From contig CAVUPH010000042.1 in assembly GCA_963743305.1 (NCBI GenBank), positions 64,001-128,000 of the forward strand: DNA of 64,000 nt, written 5' to 3'. The notes beneath the pieces were generated by a model. It was not told where the DNA came from and did no database searches. It worked only from the letters and a program-made list of their open reading frames with translations. The position numbers were made by a program, and so were the translations under genes. This DNA is from an uncultured delta proteobacterium. GTDB taxonomy: Bacteria; Desulfobacterota; RBG-13-43-22. Positions 40,256-49,351 of the stretch are shown here, one piece after another; position 1 is the first letter of the stretch, and every line of letters starts with the position of its first letter.

Positions 40256-40735
40256 CTAAACCAATTGTTGTTTGATCACCTCCATGGAAGACCTCAGGGT
40301 TTCCAAAGAGGCTAAGACGCTTTTGCGGTCGACTTCTTTCAGTTCCTGCAACAACTGGTGGTGGAGGTCTTTTAAAAACAGGTCGAGGGCCTCGACCTGT
40401 TTCTGCCCCTCCGGGGTCAGGCCGATTAATATCACGCGGGCATCTTCCGGATCGTCGATCCGCTGAGCCAATCGTTTATGCACTAATCCGTCAATAATCT
40501 TGGTAATCCGGCTTTTGGCCACTTCCAGCTTTTGGGCCAGGCCCTTGACCGTCAGGTAGCGCGCTTCCTTGAAGAGTAACAGGCATTTCATCTCCGCCTG
40601 GGTCAGACCAAACTTTTGGGCCTGGTAGAGGGTCTTTTCCTGGCAGCACTGGGTAATTTCGGCAATCAGGTCTTGAAGTTTTTGGGCCTGGTAGCGGTTG
40701 ACCTGTTCTTTAGAAGTGGGGTAAAAGTCGTTCAT
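40256..40735 (-). CDS. MarR-family transcriptional regulator
   Basis: GLTQAE..., SRITKIIDGL, DPEDAR...LTPEG. Confidence 0.9.
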   Translation of the reverse strand: MNDFYPTSKEQVNRYQAQKLQDLIAEITQCCQEKTLYQAQKFGLTQAEMKCLLLFKEARYLTVKGLAQKLEVAKSRITKIIDGLVHKRLAQRIDDPEDARVILIGLTPEGQKQVEALDLFLKDLHHQLLQELKEVDRKSVLASLETLRSSMEVIKQQLV

Positions 40736-40837
40736 GGTGTTAACAATCTAAAACCAACCCGAGGCCTTGTCAAGGAAAAAATGGGGGTCAAACGATTTTT
40801 TTGAGATCCGGTCCGTCGGCTGTCTGCTTACCTAAGT

Positions 40838-41055
40838 AGTATGAAGATAAAGGTTGGTGATTATTCCAGCCACCTTGAAATCCCCCTAAATCCCCCTTTG
40901 CCCCCGCGTGCCGCGGGGCAGGCGCCGGGGGACTTGGACTCCCCCCTTAGAAAAAGGGGGGTTAGAGGGGGATTTTCAGGGTTCGCGGGTGTCCCGAGGA
41001 GCAGGGGGGTTTAATACGAAAATAGAACCCGGCGCCATTCGGGCATTCATCAATA
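40838..41055 (+). repeat. Dispersed palindromic repeat family B copy 2
   Basis: Direct repeat of 33703-33921, including the same GC hairpin insert. Confidence 0.85.
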
Positions 41056-41200
41056 TTTAATGAGGATATAATCTTTCCCCGCTGTCATTGCGAGGGAAAC
41101 GAAGCAATCCCCGGGCCGAATTCGGGATTAGAATTAGATTGATTTTAAGGGACCGGGAGCTTATTAGTTACCAAAAAGGATCAGTAGCGAACCGAATTCC

Positions 41201-42952
41201 ATGAACGCCTACCGTATTTTAATTCCCTTCCTCCGCCCGGGCCTCCGTTCGCTGGCCGCGGGCATCGGTCTGTTGATCCTGGTGGATTTTCTCCAACTGC
41301 TTATCCCCCGTTTTATTAAAGGGGTTGTCGATGCCTTGTCCTCCGGAAGGGCCACGAACGGGACCCTGGTGCACACCCTGGCCCTGATCGTCGGCGTTTC
41401 CCTGCTTATTTTCAGCTTTCGGTTTCTTTGGCGGCGCTTGATCTTCGGCCAGGCCCGGCGGATCGAGGAAGCCCTGAGAAATCGATTGGTCGATCAGTTC
41501 TTCCTCCTTTCCCCGGCTTTTTTTCAACGCCGGCCGATCGGCGATCTCATGGCCCACGCCACCAATGATATGGAGGCGGTGCGGATGGCCCTGGGGATGG
41601 GACTGGTCTCTCTGGTCGATTCGTTTTTCTTGGGCTCCGCGGCCATCGGGTTTATGATTTACATCAGTCCCCGACTGACCGCCGCCGCCCTGCTGCCCAT
41701 GCCGCTGGTGGCCTACCTGACCTACCGGTTAAGCCGGGTTTTCCATAAAAAATTTGAATCGGTGCAAGTCCTTTTTTCGGGATTGATGGAAACCGTTCGA
41801 GAAAGCCTGGTGGGCATTCTGGTAGTCAAAGCCTACAACCTCCAGCCGCGGGAATTGGGCCGTCTTTCCGAACTCAGTGGAAAATACCTGGACAAAAATC
41901 TGCAGTTGGCCCGCATTACCGGGACGCTTTTCCCCTTATCCCTGCTCTTGACCAACCTGAGTCTGGCCGTGGTGATCTGGCTGGGCGGGATCCAGGTCTA
42001 CCAGGGAAAGATCACCACCGGCGATTTCGTGGCCTTCATCAGTTACCTGGGTATGCTGGGATGGCCGGTCATGGCCCTGGGCTGGGTAGTCAACCTGTTG
42101 AAACGGGGAGGCGTATCGCTGGAGCGGATCGGACGGCTCCTGGATGAAAAACCGGAAATCGCCGATCGTCCCGGAATAACGTCACCGCCCGCACCCATCC
42201 GGAAGATATCAATCCATAATCTTATCTTTTATTATCCGGGAGAGAAACAGCCGGTGCTGAAGGGCCTGAATCTGGAAATTGCCGCCGGGCAACAAATACT
42301 TTTTACCGGGCGAACGGGTTCCGGAAAGACCACCCTGGCGCAACTACTGGTCCGGCTCTATGATCCTCCCCAGGGGACCGTTGCCCTGGACGGACGGTCG
42401 ATCCACAACATACCGCTGGGGTACTTAAGGAGTACCATTTCCTTAGTCCCCCAGGTACCTTTTCTTTTTTCCGATACCCTGCGGGCCAACCTGCGGATGG
42501 CCGACCCCAAAGCCGAAGAGGCCCAATTGTGGGAGGCCCTGGCCCTGGCCGCCCTGGATAAGGATGTCAGGGCCTTTTCCGAAGGGCTGGAGACGGTGGT
42601 GGGAGAAAAAGGGGTGCTCCTTTCCGGGGGACAGCGTCAACGATTGGCCCTGGCCCGGGCCTTGTTGTTCAATCCGCTTTTTCTGATTCTGGATAACACC
42701 CTGGCCTCGGTCGACCTGTCCACCGAACGGCAGATTCTCGAAGCCTTGAAGTCCCGGCGCCAGGGATTAACCACCATATATATTTCTCACCGCCTGGTGG
42801 GGCTGGAGGCCGTGGATGGAGTTTTTCTTTTTGAGGCGGGGCGGATCGTCGAATCCGGGCGCCACCAGGCCCTGATGGAGCAAAAGGGTCTCTATTCCCG
42901 GCTCTATCAAAGGCAGCGTCTGGAAAAAGAAATCCAGGAGGGCGTTTTTTGA
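41201..42952 (+). CDS. ABC exporter ATP-binding/permease subunit
   Basis: TMD + GRTGSGKT, LSGGQRQR, LILDN, ISHR. Confidence 0.93.
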   Translation: MNAYRILIPFLRPGLRSLAAGIGLLILVDFLQLLIPRFIKGVVDALSSGRATNGTLVHTLALIVGVSLLIFSFRFLWRRLIFGQARRIEEALRNRLVDQFFLLSPAFFQRRPIGDLMAHATNDMEAVRMALGMGLVSLVDSFFLGSAAIGFMIYISPRLTAAALLPMPLVAYLTYRLSRVFHKKFESVQVLFSGLMETVRESLVGILVVKAYNLQPRELGRLSELSGKYLDKNLQLARITGTLFPLSLLLTNLSLAVVIWLGGIQVYQGKITTGDFVAFISYLGMLGWPVMALGWVVNLLKRGGVSLERIGRLLDEKPEIADRPGITSPPAPIRKISIHNLIFYYPGEKQPVLKGLNLEIAAGQQILFTGRTGSGKTTLAQLLVRLYDPPQGTVALDGRSIHNIPLGYLRSTISLVPQVPFLFSDTLRANLRMADPKAEEAQLWEALALAALDKDVRAFSEGLETVVGEKGVLLSGGQRQRLALARALLFNPLFLILDNTLASVDLSTERQILEALKSRRQGLTTIYISHRLVGLEAVDGVFLFEAGRIVESGRHQALMEQKGLYSRLYQRQRLEKEIQEGVF

Positions 42953-42967
42953 CTTTCTGCGAGGTTA

Positions 42968-43114
42968 GGATCTGTAAACAAATAACCTTAACAAACGGCC
43001 CTACAACCGTTCGCCCTGAGCATGTCGAAGGGTGAACGATACGGCAATGCTTCGACAGGCTCAGCATGAACGGAGATATTAGCGGCATTGTACAGCTTAT
43101 TTCTTGACGGGTTC
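42968..43114. mobile_element. IS5-like MITE carrying a REP-type palindrome
   Basis: Imperfect TIRs (13/18), TTA on both flanks, internal CCGTTC..CTGAGC..GTCGAAG / CTTCGAC..GCTCAG..GAACGG. Confidence 0.6.
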
Positions 43115-43120
43115 TTATAG

Positions 43121-44897
43121 ATGGCTCCCAATGATTTCGGTTATTTTGAAGGGGAGCACTTGGGCAAGCCGTACGATTTTGGCCTGCTGAAGAAGGTCCT
43201 TCCTTATTTATGGCCCTGGCGATTCCGGTGGCTGCTGGTGATGGTGCTGACTCTGGCCGGGACCGCCCTGGACCTGGTCCCTCCCTACCTGACTAAACTG
43301 GCCATCGATCAATATATCCTCAAAGGGCGGGTCCAGGGCCTGGGGTTTTTGGCTTTATTGCTGCTGGTGGCCCTGGTTTTTGGCTATGCGCTCCAATATA
43401 CCCAGGTAGTGATCATGGAACAATTGGGCCAGCGGGTGATGCATGCCCTGCGCCTGGACCTGGTGGCCCATCTCCTGTCACTGCCGCTGCCCTTCTACCA
43501 GCAGCATCCGGTAGGGCGGCTGGTTACCCGGGCCACCAACGATATCGAGAACCTGAATGAGATGGTCAAGTCGCTGCTCTCGACCCTGGTTAAGGATATC
43601 CTGCTGTTCCTGGGGATTATGGGGGTCCTTTTCTACCTAAATTTTAAGCTGGCCCTGATCACCTTTGCCGTACTGCCGGTCATTTTTGTGGCCGCCCGGC
43701 TTTTCAGCCGGAAGGCCCGGGACGCCTTCCGGGATTTGCGTCGCTGGGTAGCTCACCTGAATTCCTTTATCCAGGAAACCCTTTCCGGCATGACCCTGAT
43801 CCAGCTCCTGAAAACGGAAGCGCAACGGACCGAGGACTTTCGTGGGGTGAATCACCAGGCCTATCTGGCCGGGATGAAGCAGATTCAGGTGTTCGCTTTG
43901 TTCATGCCGCTCATGGAATTGATCTCGGCCGGCGCCGTGGCCCTGTTGATCTGGTACGGCGGCGGTCAGGTCATTCGCCAGACCCTGACGCTGGGCGCCC
44001 TGGTGGCCTTCCTGTCGTATATCCAGATGTTTTTTCGTCCCCTGCGGGAGTTGACCGAAAAATACAGCGTCCTGCAATCGGCCATGGCCTCCCTGGAGCG
44101 GATCTTCGCCCTGATGGAGGAAAAAGCCGAGGAGGGACCGGAGGAAACCTTATTTCGGCGTCCGGCCCGGGTCCAAGGGGAGATAGCCTTCGACCGGGTC
44201 AGCTTTGCTTATCAGGACGAAGAGTGGGTGCTCCAGGACATTTCTTTCACCATCCGGCCAGGAGAAGCTGTAGCCATCGTCGGGATGACCGGAGGAGGGA
44301 AGACCACCCTGATTCAACTTGCTGGAGGGTTTTTATACCCCCCAGCAGGGAGAAATCCGGATCGATGGGATTCCCCTTCGATCGTTTTCCAAGAATTTTT
44401 TGAGGGCCCTGGTCGGGTTGGTCCCCCAGGAGGTTTTTCTCTTCGCGGGCGACCTGAAAGAAAATATTCTTATTAGCGGATCAGGCAACCCTTTCTTCCG
44501 GGGCGACCGGAATAAAATATGGGAGGAAATCCAGCCCCTTTTCCAGGATTTCCAGGGACGAAAGGTCGACACCCTGTCCTCCGGAGAACGGCAGTTGGTG
44601 GCCATGGCCCGGGTTTTAGCCCGGGACCCGGCGATCCTGGTGCTGGATGAGGCCACCGCCCACCTGGACGCCCAGACGGAAGAAAAAGTCCAGGCCGTTC
44701 TGGGCAGGCTGCTGACCGGGCGGACCTCGCTGGTCATCGCCCATCGGCTCTTTACCCTGCGCCAGGCCTCCCGGATTATGGTCCTGCATCAGGGCCGCCT
44801 GGTCGAGGAAGGGACCCACGCGCAGCTCATGGACCGGAAAGGGTACTATTACCGGTTATACCGGTTGCAGTATAATGAGGTTCAAAACGGGGAATGA
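43121..44897 (+). CDS. ABC exporter ATP-binding/permease subunit 2, frameshifted near 44320
   Basis: TMD + GMTGGGKT; second ORF has LSSGERQL, VLDEATA, IAHR. Confidence 0.88.
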
Positions 44898-45265
44898 ACG
44901 GGAATCTTCCAAACCAAACCCACAAACAGTGCGAGCCACACGGCGGTCCGGAAGGTCATCGCCCGAAGGCTGTCGATCGCCACTGAGCCCCCCGCCGCGT
45001 ACAGCCAGACAATGGCAACCAGCACGACGAGATTGAGAACGAAGATTACGGCCGCCGCGTACTTGCCCCAGTGGAGGCTGCGCCAGATGACTAGGCCCGC
45101 CGCGAGATACGCCACGCCCATGGCCGTGTTGTAGATCAGCAGAGGTCGATAGACGACGTACCCCGGATCTGACCAGCCCGTGAGGACACGCCCGCCCGCC
45201 ACGATTGTAGCGAGGCCGAACACAGCCGCGACGACCGCCAGGGTTCGTTGCCTGAGTCTGCTGAT
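44882..45265 (-). CDS. Small membrane protein, probably 5'-truncated (cassette-like)
   Basis: 4 TM helices, no convincing RBS/start, fused to an attC left half. Confidence 0.6.
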   Translation of the reverse strand: MSRLRQRTLAVVAAVFGLATIVAGGRVLTGWSDPGYVVYRPLLIYNTAMGVAYLAAGLVIWRSLHWGKYAAAVIFVLNLVVLVAIVWLYAAGGSVAIDSLRAMTFRTAVWLALFVGLVWKIPVHSPF

Positions 45266-45275
45266 GAGCGCAGGG

Positions 45276-45848
45276 TTAGGCAACCGACCCACCCCTGTTG
45301 ATCAGAAGGACCGCTCGGCTGAAGAAAATGTCGAGAGGTCGGCCTTTCGAGAGCCCGGCTTTTTCGGCGAGGTCCAGGGTCCGATCGAAGGCGGCCTGCC
45401 TGACGTGTCCTTTGGGCTCCGCCAGCAGGAATTTCCCGCCGGGCTTGAGCGCCCGGCCGATCTGTTGAAGCAGCGATTCCTGATCCGGCACTTCATGCAC
45501 CATCCAGAACGCCAGGGCCAGGTCAAATTCCGCTTCAAAAGACAAACCCGAAGGTCCTACCTGATGCAGACGGATTCGGGACAACAATCCGGCTTTCTCG
45601 GCGCGACGCCTGACGCCGGCCAGCATCTCCGGCTGCAGGTCCGCGGCCGTAACGGACCCGGAAGGTCCGACGATTCCGGCCAGAGGAATCGTGAAAAAGC
45701 CGATCCCGCATCCCAGGTCCAGGCAGGCGTCCCCCGGGCGAACGATATTCTGGAGAATCCGCTCCGGCTTCTGGACCAACCGCCGCAGAGGGTTGTCAAA
45801 GGTGTGAATCAGCCACCAGGGACAGACATATGTCTTGGTAGATGCCAT
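45276..45848 (-). CDS. Class I SAM-dependent methyltransferase (cassette-like)
   Basis: LDLGCGIG, DLQPEML, LKPGG; stop codon lies inside GCCTAAC. Confidence 0.9.
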   Translation of the reverse strand: MASTKTYVCPWWLIHTFDNPLRRLVQKPERILQNIVRPGDACLDLGCGIGFFTIPLAGIVGPSGSVTAADLQPEMLAGVRRRAEKAGLLSRIRLHQVGPSGLSFEAEFDLALAFWMVHEVPDQESLLQQIGRALKPGGKFLLAEPKGHVRQAAFDRTLDLAEKAGLSKGRPLDIFFSRAVLLINRGGSVA

Positions 45849-45896
45849 TTTCGATGGTTTCCTTGTGTTTAGTCTTTTACCTGTTCGGCTCACTTA

Positions 45897-46193
45897 TCAT
45901 CTTGTCCAGATCTGCCCAGCAACATCCATGGCTCCATGGATGACAGCCAGAACGTCAATCTGGTCTGCCTTTATGTGGTAGATGATACGGAAGGAACCTT
46001 CGATCACTTCGCGAATCTGGTCAACATCATATTCGGGGACTCTACGGCCTGAGAAAGGGAATTCGGCAATTTGTTGAGATCTTCGGGTAAGCCGATCCAC
46101 CATGCGCTTGGCATATTCGGGCGAATCCTGAGCAATGTAAGCATAGATGGCGTCAAGATGCCCTTCGGCTGTATCGGTCCAGTGGACTTTCAT
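45897..46193 (-). CDS. Type II toxin, RelE/ParE family
   Basis: WTDTAEGHLDAIYAYIAQDSP, SGRRVPE, RIIYHI, VLAVIHG. Confidence 0.9.
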   Translation of the reverse strand: MKVHWTDTAEGHLDAIYAYIAQDSPEYAKRMVDRLTRRSQQIAEFPFSGRRVPEYDVDQIREVIEGSFRIIYHIKADQIDVLAVIHGAMDVAGQIWTR

Positions 46194-46378
46194 TCCGGTA
46201 AACCGTACTTCGCCCGGACCTCTTTCACGTCCTTGGTCCGGCCTGCTTTGCTGTCGGCCAATCCGCGCTCAACCGCCTCCCGGACGTAAATCTCGCGCAT
46301 GAGATCATCCCATGTGGCGTTTGGTGGCATCCGATCGATGATCCTGTGGGCTTCTTCCTTTTCCATGATTATCGACAT
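46190..46378 (-). CDS. Cognate antitoxin
   Basis: Small ORF (TWDDLM..IYV..VERGLADS.AGR) overlapping the toxin start (ATGA). Confidence 0.82.
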   Translation of the reverse strand: MSIIMEKEEAHRIIDRMPPNATWDDLMREIYVREAVERGLADSKAGRTKDVKEVRAKYGLPE

Positions 46379-46421
46379 AGCATTCTCTCCTTCTTTCTTG
46401 TCATAGAATAGCACCAAACTG

Positions 46422-46480
46422 AACGAACCCCCAGGATGAGGAGCGCGGCTTGGCGCGTCTGCTCAATCCGTTTGATGGGC
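46422..46480 (-). other. Degenerate attC site
   Basis: Minus strand GCCCATC-aaac-GGATTGAG-cagacgcgccaagccgcgctc-CTCATCC-tgggg-GTTCGTT; L boxes pair with one extra base. Confidence 0.55.
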
Positions 46481-46788
46481 CGGGGACCAGCAGGCCTAAA
46501 AAACTTAATGATGGGGCGCTCCGCAGCCTGGGGGATGGGCCGCCGGCAGGCGGCGCCAAGTTATTCTAAAGTTTTCTTTATAACTTCCCCCCCAAAGGAT
46601 TTCTTTGGGGATAGGAATAAAGACCATTAGTCTTTTTTGGTCGACTTATGGTTTGCCAACCCCTTCAGATTTTTTGTAACCTATTATAAATGATAAATAT
46701 TATCTTGAAAAAGATATTTTATTTAATAAAATATAAGTGATGTATATCATCTCAATTAAAAGGATAAACAGAAATAGGAGGATTCTTC

Positions 46789-46945
46789 ATGCTGGCTGTC
46801 CCTTCGGCTTTACAGGCCCAATTTGAAGAATATTTGCGAAAAAAATCATTCCCTAACCAACTTCAGGGGGAATCTGTATAAAAAATGGCTGCACTATTAC
46901 CTGGACTTTTGTGGGAAATATTCTTTCTTTCCCCCCCCATCTATA
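46789..46945 (+). pseudogene. N-terminal fragment of an integron integrase
   Basis: AGGAGG RBS; MLAVPSALQAQFEEYLRKK.../YKKWLHYYLDFCGKY resembles the N-terminal extension of long IntI proteins; divergent from cassette-like genes. Confidence 0.6.
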
Positions 46946-47062
46946 AAGAAAAGAAAGCCTGCCCAAATTCTCCCAAGAACCTCCAGACCTATAGAGGATG
47001 GATGCAATCAATTGAGGCAACGATCGTGGAATGGTTGGCAGCCTAACTGCGGCGTTCAGTCG

Positions 47063-47474
47063 TTAGTCCTTTACCCATCCCTTCCGCTGTTGATCTCTTG
47101 TCCGCAAACGGGCGCGGGTCATCCGCTCGCGCAGACCGCCGTCTTTTAGGAAATTCTTTTCCAGCGCCTTTAGCTGCTGATCCAGCAGTCGCAGCCTTGC
47201 TCCCCTCAACGATATTCTGCTTGCCGGAGCGGGCGGCCTGTACCATCTGATCGACCGTGCGGTCACGCTTTCTGAGAAAGCGCTCACAGAACCGGTAGGT
47301 TATTTGATAGACCACCTCGGATTTCTGATAAGAAAGAAGGGTTTGGTAGTCGCCCCGAGGGGGTAAAATCAAAGACGGGGAATCATGGGAGGTCTGGGAA
47401 TTCTGCGAAGCCGTCTTCCCCTTGCGCTCATGATTCCCATTTTTCCCATCACCCGCCTTTTTCACAACAACCAC
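47063..47474 (-). pseudogene. Four-helix-bundle (suffix-domain) protein, internally deleted
   Basis: LLSYQKSEVVY..DRTVDQMVQAARSGKQNIVEGS joined out of frame to LLDQQLKALEKNFLKDGGLRERMTRAR. Confidence 0.75.
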
Positions 47475-47662
47475 CGAATCGCAACCAGCGCAACATTCCT
47501 GTCCGCCTCCTTCTCCCGTTCAAGATGTTCCCGGCCCAGCTTAATCGTATCCTACTTAAATCATTCCAAATGTCAATAAATCTGTTGACAGAGTATTCGT
47601 CGCCATTTTATTTAATCCTCTGGATATCATGGTATTTTCAACATACATAGGGAGGCCAGGAC

Positions 47663-48454
47663 ATGGATTTAGGTCTGAAGGATCGGGTGGCCCTGGTGTG
47701 CGGGGCCAGTAAGGGGTTGGGAAAGGCGGTGGCCCTGGGGCTGGCCCGAGAAGGGGCCAGGCTGGCAATCTGCTCCCGTAGCCTGGAAAATATACAACAG
47801 GCGGCCGAGGAGATCCGAAGGGACACCGGGACGGAGGTAGTCCCCCTGACGGCCGATATGTCGTCCTCCGAGGAGGCCAGGCGTTTTTTCCGTGAGGCCT
47901 ATCAACACTACGGGCATGTGGATATTCTGGTGAACAACGCGGGGGGGCCGCCCTCCCTGCCTTTTCTGGAAATCAGCGAGGATCACTGGCAGGCAGCCTT
48001 CCAATTGACCCTGATGAGTGCCGCGACTTTGATGAAAGCGGCGATCCCGGTCATGCAGGCCCGCAAGTTCGGGCGGATCATCAATGTGACCTCGGTGGCC
48101 GTCAAACAACCGATCCCGGGCCTGATCCTTTCCAACGCCCTGCGGACCGGCCTGGTGGGCCTGGCCAAGACCCTGGCCACGATTTACGCGCCGGACAACA
48201 TTCTGATCAATAACGTCTGTCCGGGGTACACGTTGACCGAGCGGGTTCGTGAATTAGCCGAGGTGGTAGCCCGGCGGCAGCAGACCACCCCCGAAGCGGT
48301 CATCCAAGGCTGGGAGGCGGAGATACCCATGGGGCGACTGGGAAAGCCGGAAGAATTGGCGGACCTGGTGGTTTTTCTGGCTTCGGAGCGGGCCGGCTAC
48401 CTTACGGGGGCCACGATACAAGTGGATGGAGGGTATTACCGGGGATTGATGTGA
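47663..48454 (+). CDS. SDR family oxidoreductase
   Basis: GASKGLG, LVNNAG, NVCPG, IQVDGG. Confidence 0.93.
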   Translation: MDLGLKDRVALVCGASKGLGKAVALGLAREGARLAICSRSLENIQQAAEEIRRDTGTEVVPLTADMSSSEEARRFFREAYQHYGHVDILVNNAGGPPSLPFLEISEDHWQAAFQLTLMSAATLMKAAIPVMQARKFGRIINVTSVAVKQPIPGLILSNALRTGLVGLAKTLATIYAPDNILINNVCPGYTLTERVRELAEVVARRQQTTPEAVIQGWEAEIPMGRLGKPEELADLVVFLASERAGYLTGATIQVDGGYYRGLM

Positions 48455-48687
48455 ATCCCAAAGGCCATCTCGCCCATGCCGTGGGGATCAAGCGCAGTGG
48501 GCCCGCCGGGCGCATGCTTAACCACTTCCTGGCATCCCGGAGAGGGTCAACCGGGAGATCCAAATCAAATTCAGCGCTCCGGTCCTTCTAAATTTGTCCG
48601 AAAAGAAACTGTTTTGAATGACCAGCCGCCGGCACGGCCGGCGGCTGGTTTGAGGTTTCCTGGAGGGGATACAAATTAATCCGATTA

Positions 48688-49155
48688 TTAAGAAATCGGT
48701 CGATAAAACCCGCAGCCAACCATAATGTCCTCAACGCGCTCGACGTAACTTGACTTAAGTTCCATTTTCTTTGTGGCCGGATTGCTCCATTTGTAATCAT
48801 ACCAGCCTTTTCCCTTCGATTTAGCGATCTCGATCATATCCTTGATCAGGGGCTTGCCGTCCGGATCTTTCAGCCCGATCAAGTCCTTCCCGACCATGCC
48901 GGGGTTCGCTCCCTGAGCGACACATTTACCGGTAAAATCGTAGGCGAAGATGAACAAACCCTTGGGGATGTCCGCAAATTTTCCGTTGGGATTGCTGAAT
49001 TCAGCCAAAGCCTTGGCTTTACCATTGGCTTGGTAATAGGCCACCGCATTTTTCACCAGCATTTCCGCGTCCTTGGCCGTCCCTCGCTCCTCCGCAAAGC
49101 AAAACCCGGCCATCAGGAAGATAGCCAATCCCGCAAACAATACTACTTTCTTCAT
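48688..49155 (-). CDS. Stand-alone periplasmic single Cache domain protein
   Basis: Signal peptide; LFIFAYD, GKDLIGLKDPDG, GWYDYKWSNP, VGCGFY. Confidence 0.88.
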   Translation of the reverse strand: MKKVVLFAGLAIFLMAGFCFAEERGTAKDAEMLVKNAVAYYQANGKAKALAEFSNPNGKFADIPKGLFIFAYDFTGKCVAQGANPGMVGKDLIGLKDPDGKPLIKDMIEIAKSKGKGWYDYKWSNPATKKMELKSSYVERVEDIMVGCGFYRPIS

Positions 49156-49230
49156 AACATTTTTCCTTTCTGAGACTAATTTTTACAGTTCCTATCGGCA
49201 TCCCTTTCAAACTCTTTAATGACACCTTTT

Positions 49231-49328
49231 CCGCAGCGGTCATCAAAGGCTGGGAGGCGGAGATCCCCATGGGGCGCCCGGGGAAACCGGAAGAGTTGGC
49301 GGACCTGGTGGTCTTTTTGGCCTCGGAG
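49231..49328 (+). repeat. Diverged duplicate of the SDR gene 3' segment (48291-48388)
   Basis: 98-bp ungapped match, 11 mismatches, 8 synonymous. Confidence 0.9.
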
Positions 49329-49351
49329 GGGAGAATCCGCTCTAAATTGTT

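Noticed and set aside
48494-48560. Group II intron 5' end (GTGGGCCCGCCGGGCGCATG)
   Set aside because: Starts GTGGG rather than GTGYG and no further intron domains are recognisable
47063-49328. Diversity-generating retroelement (Avd-like gene near a ~100-bp repeat pair)
   Set aside because: Only 5 of 11 mismatches are at A in one copy and 2 in the other, most are synonymous, and there is no reverse transcriptase in the window
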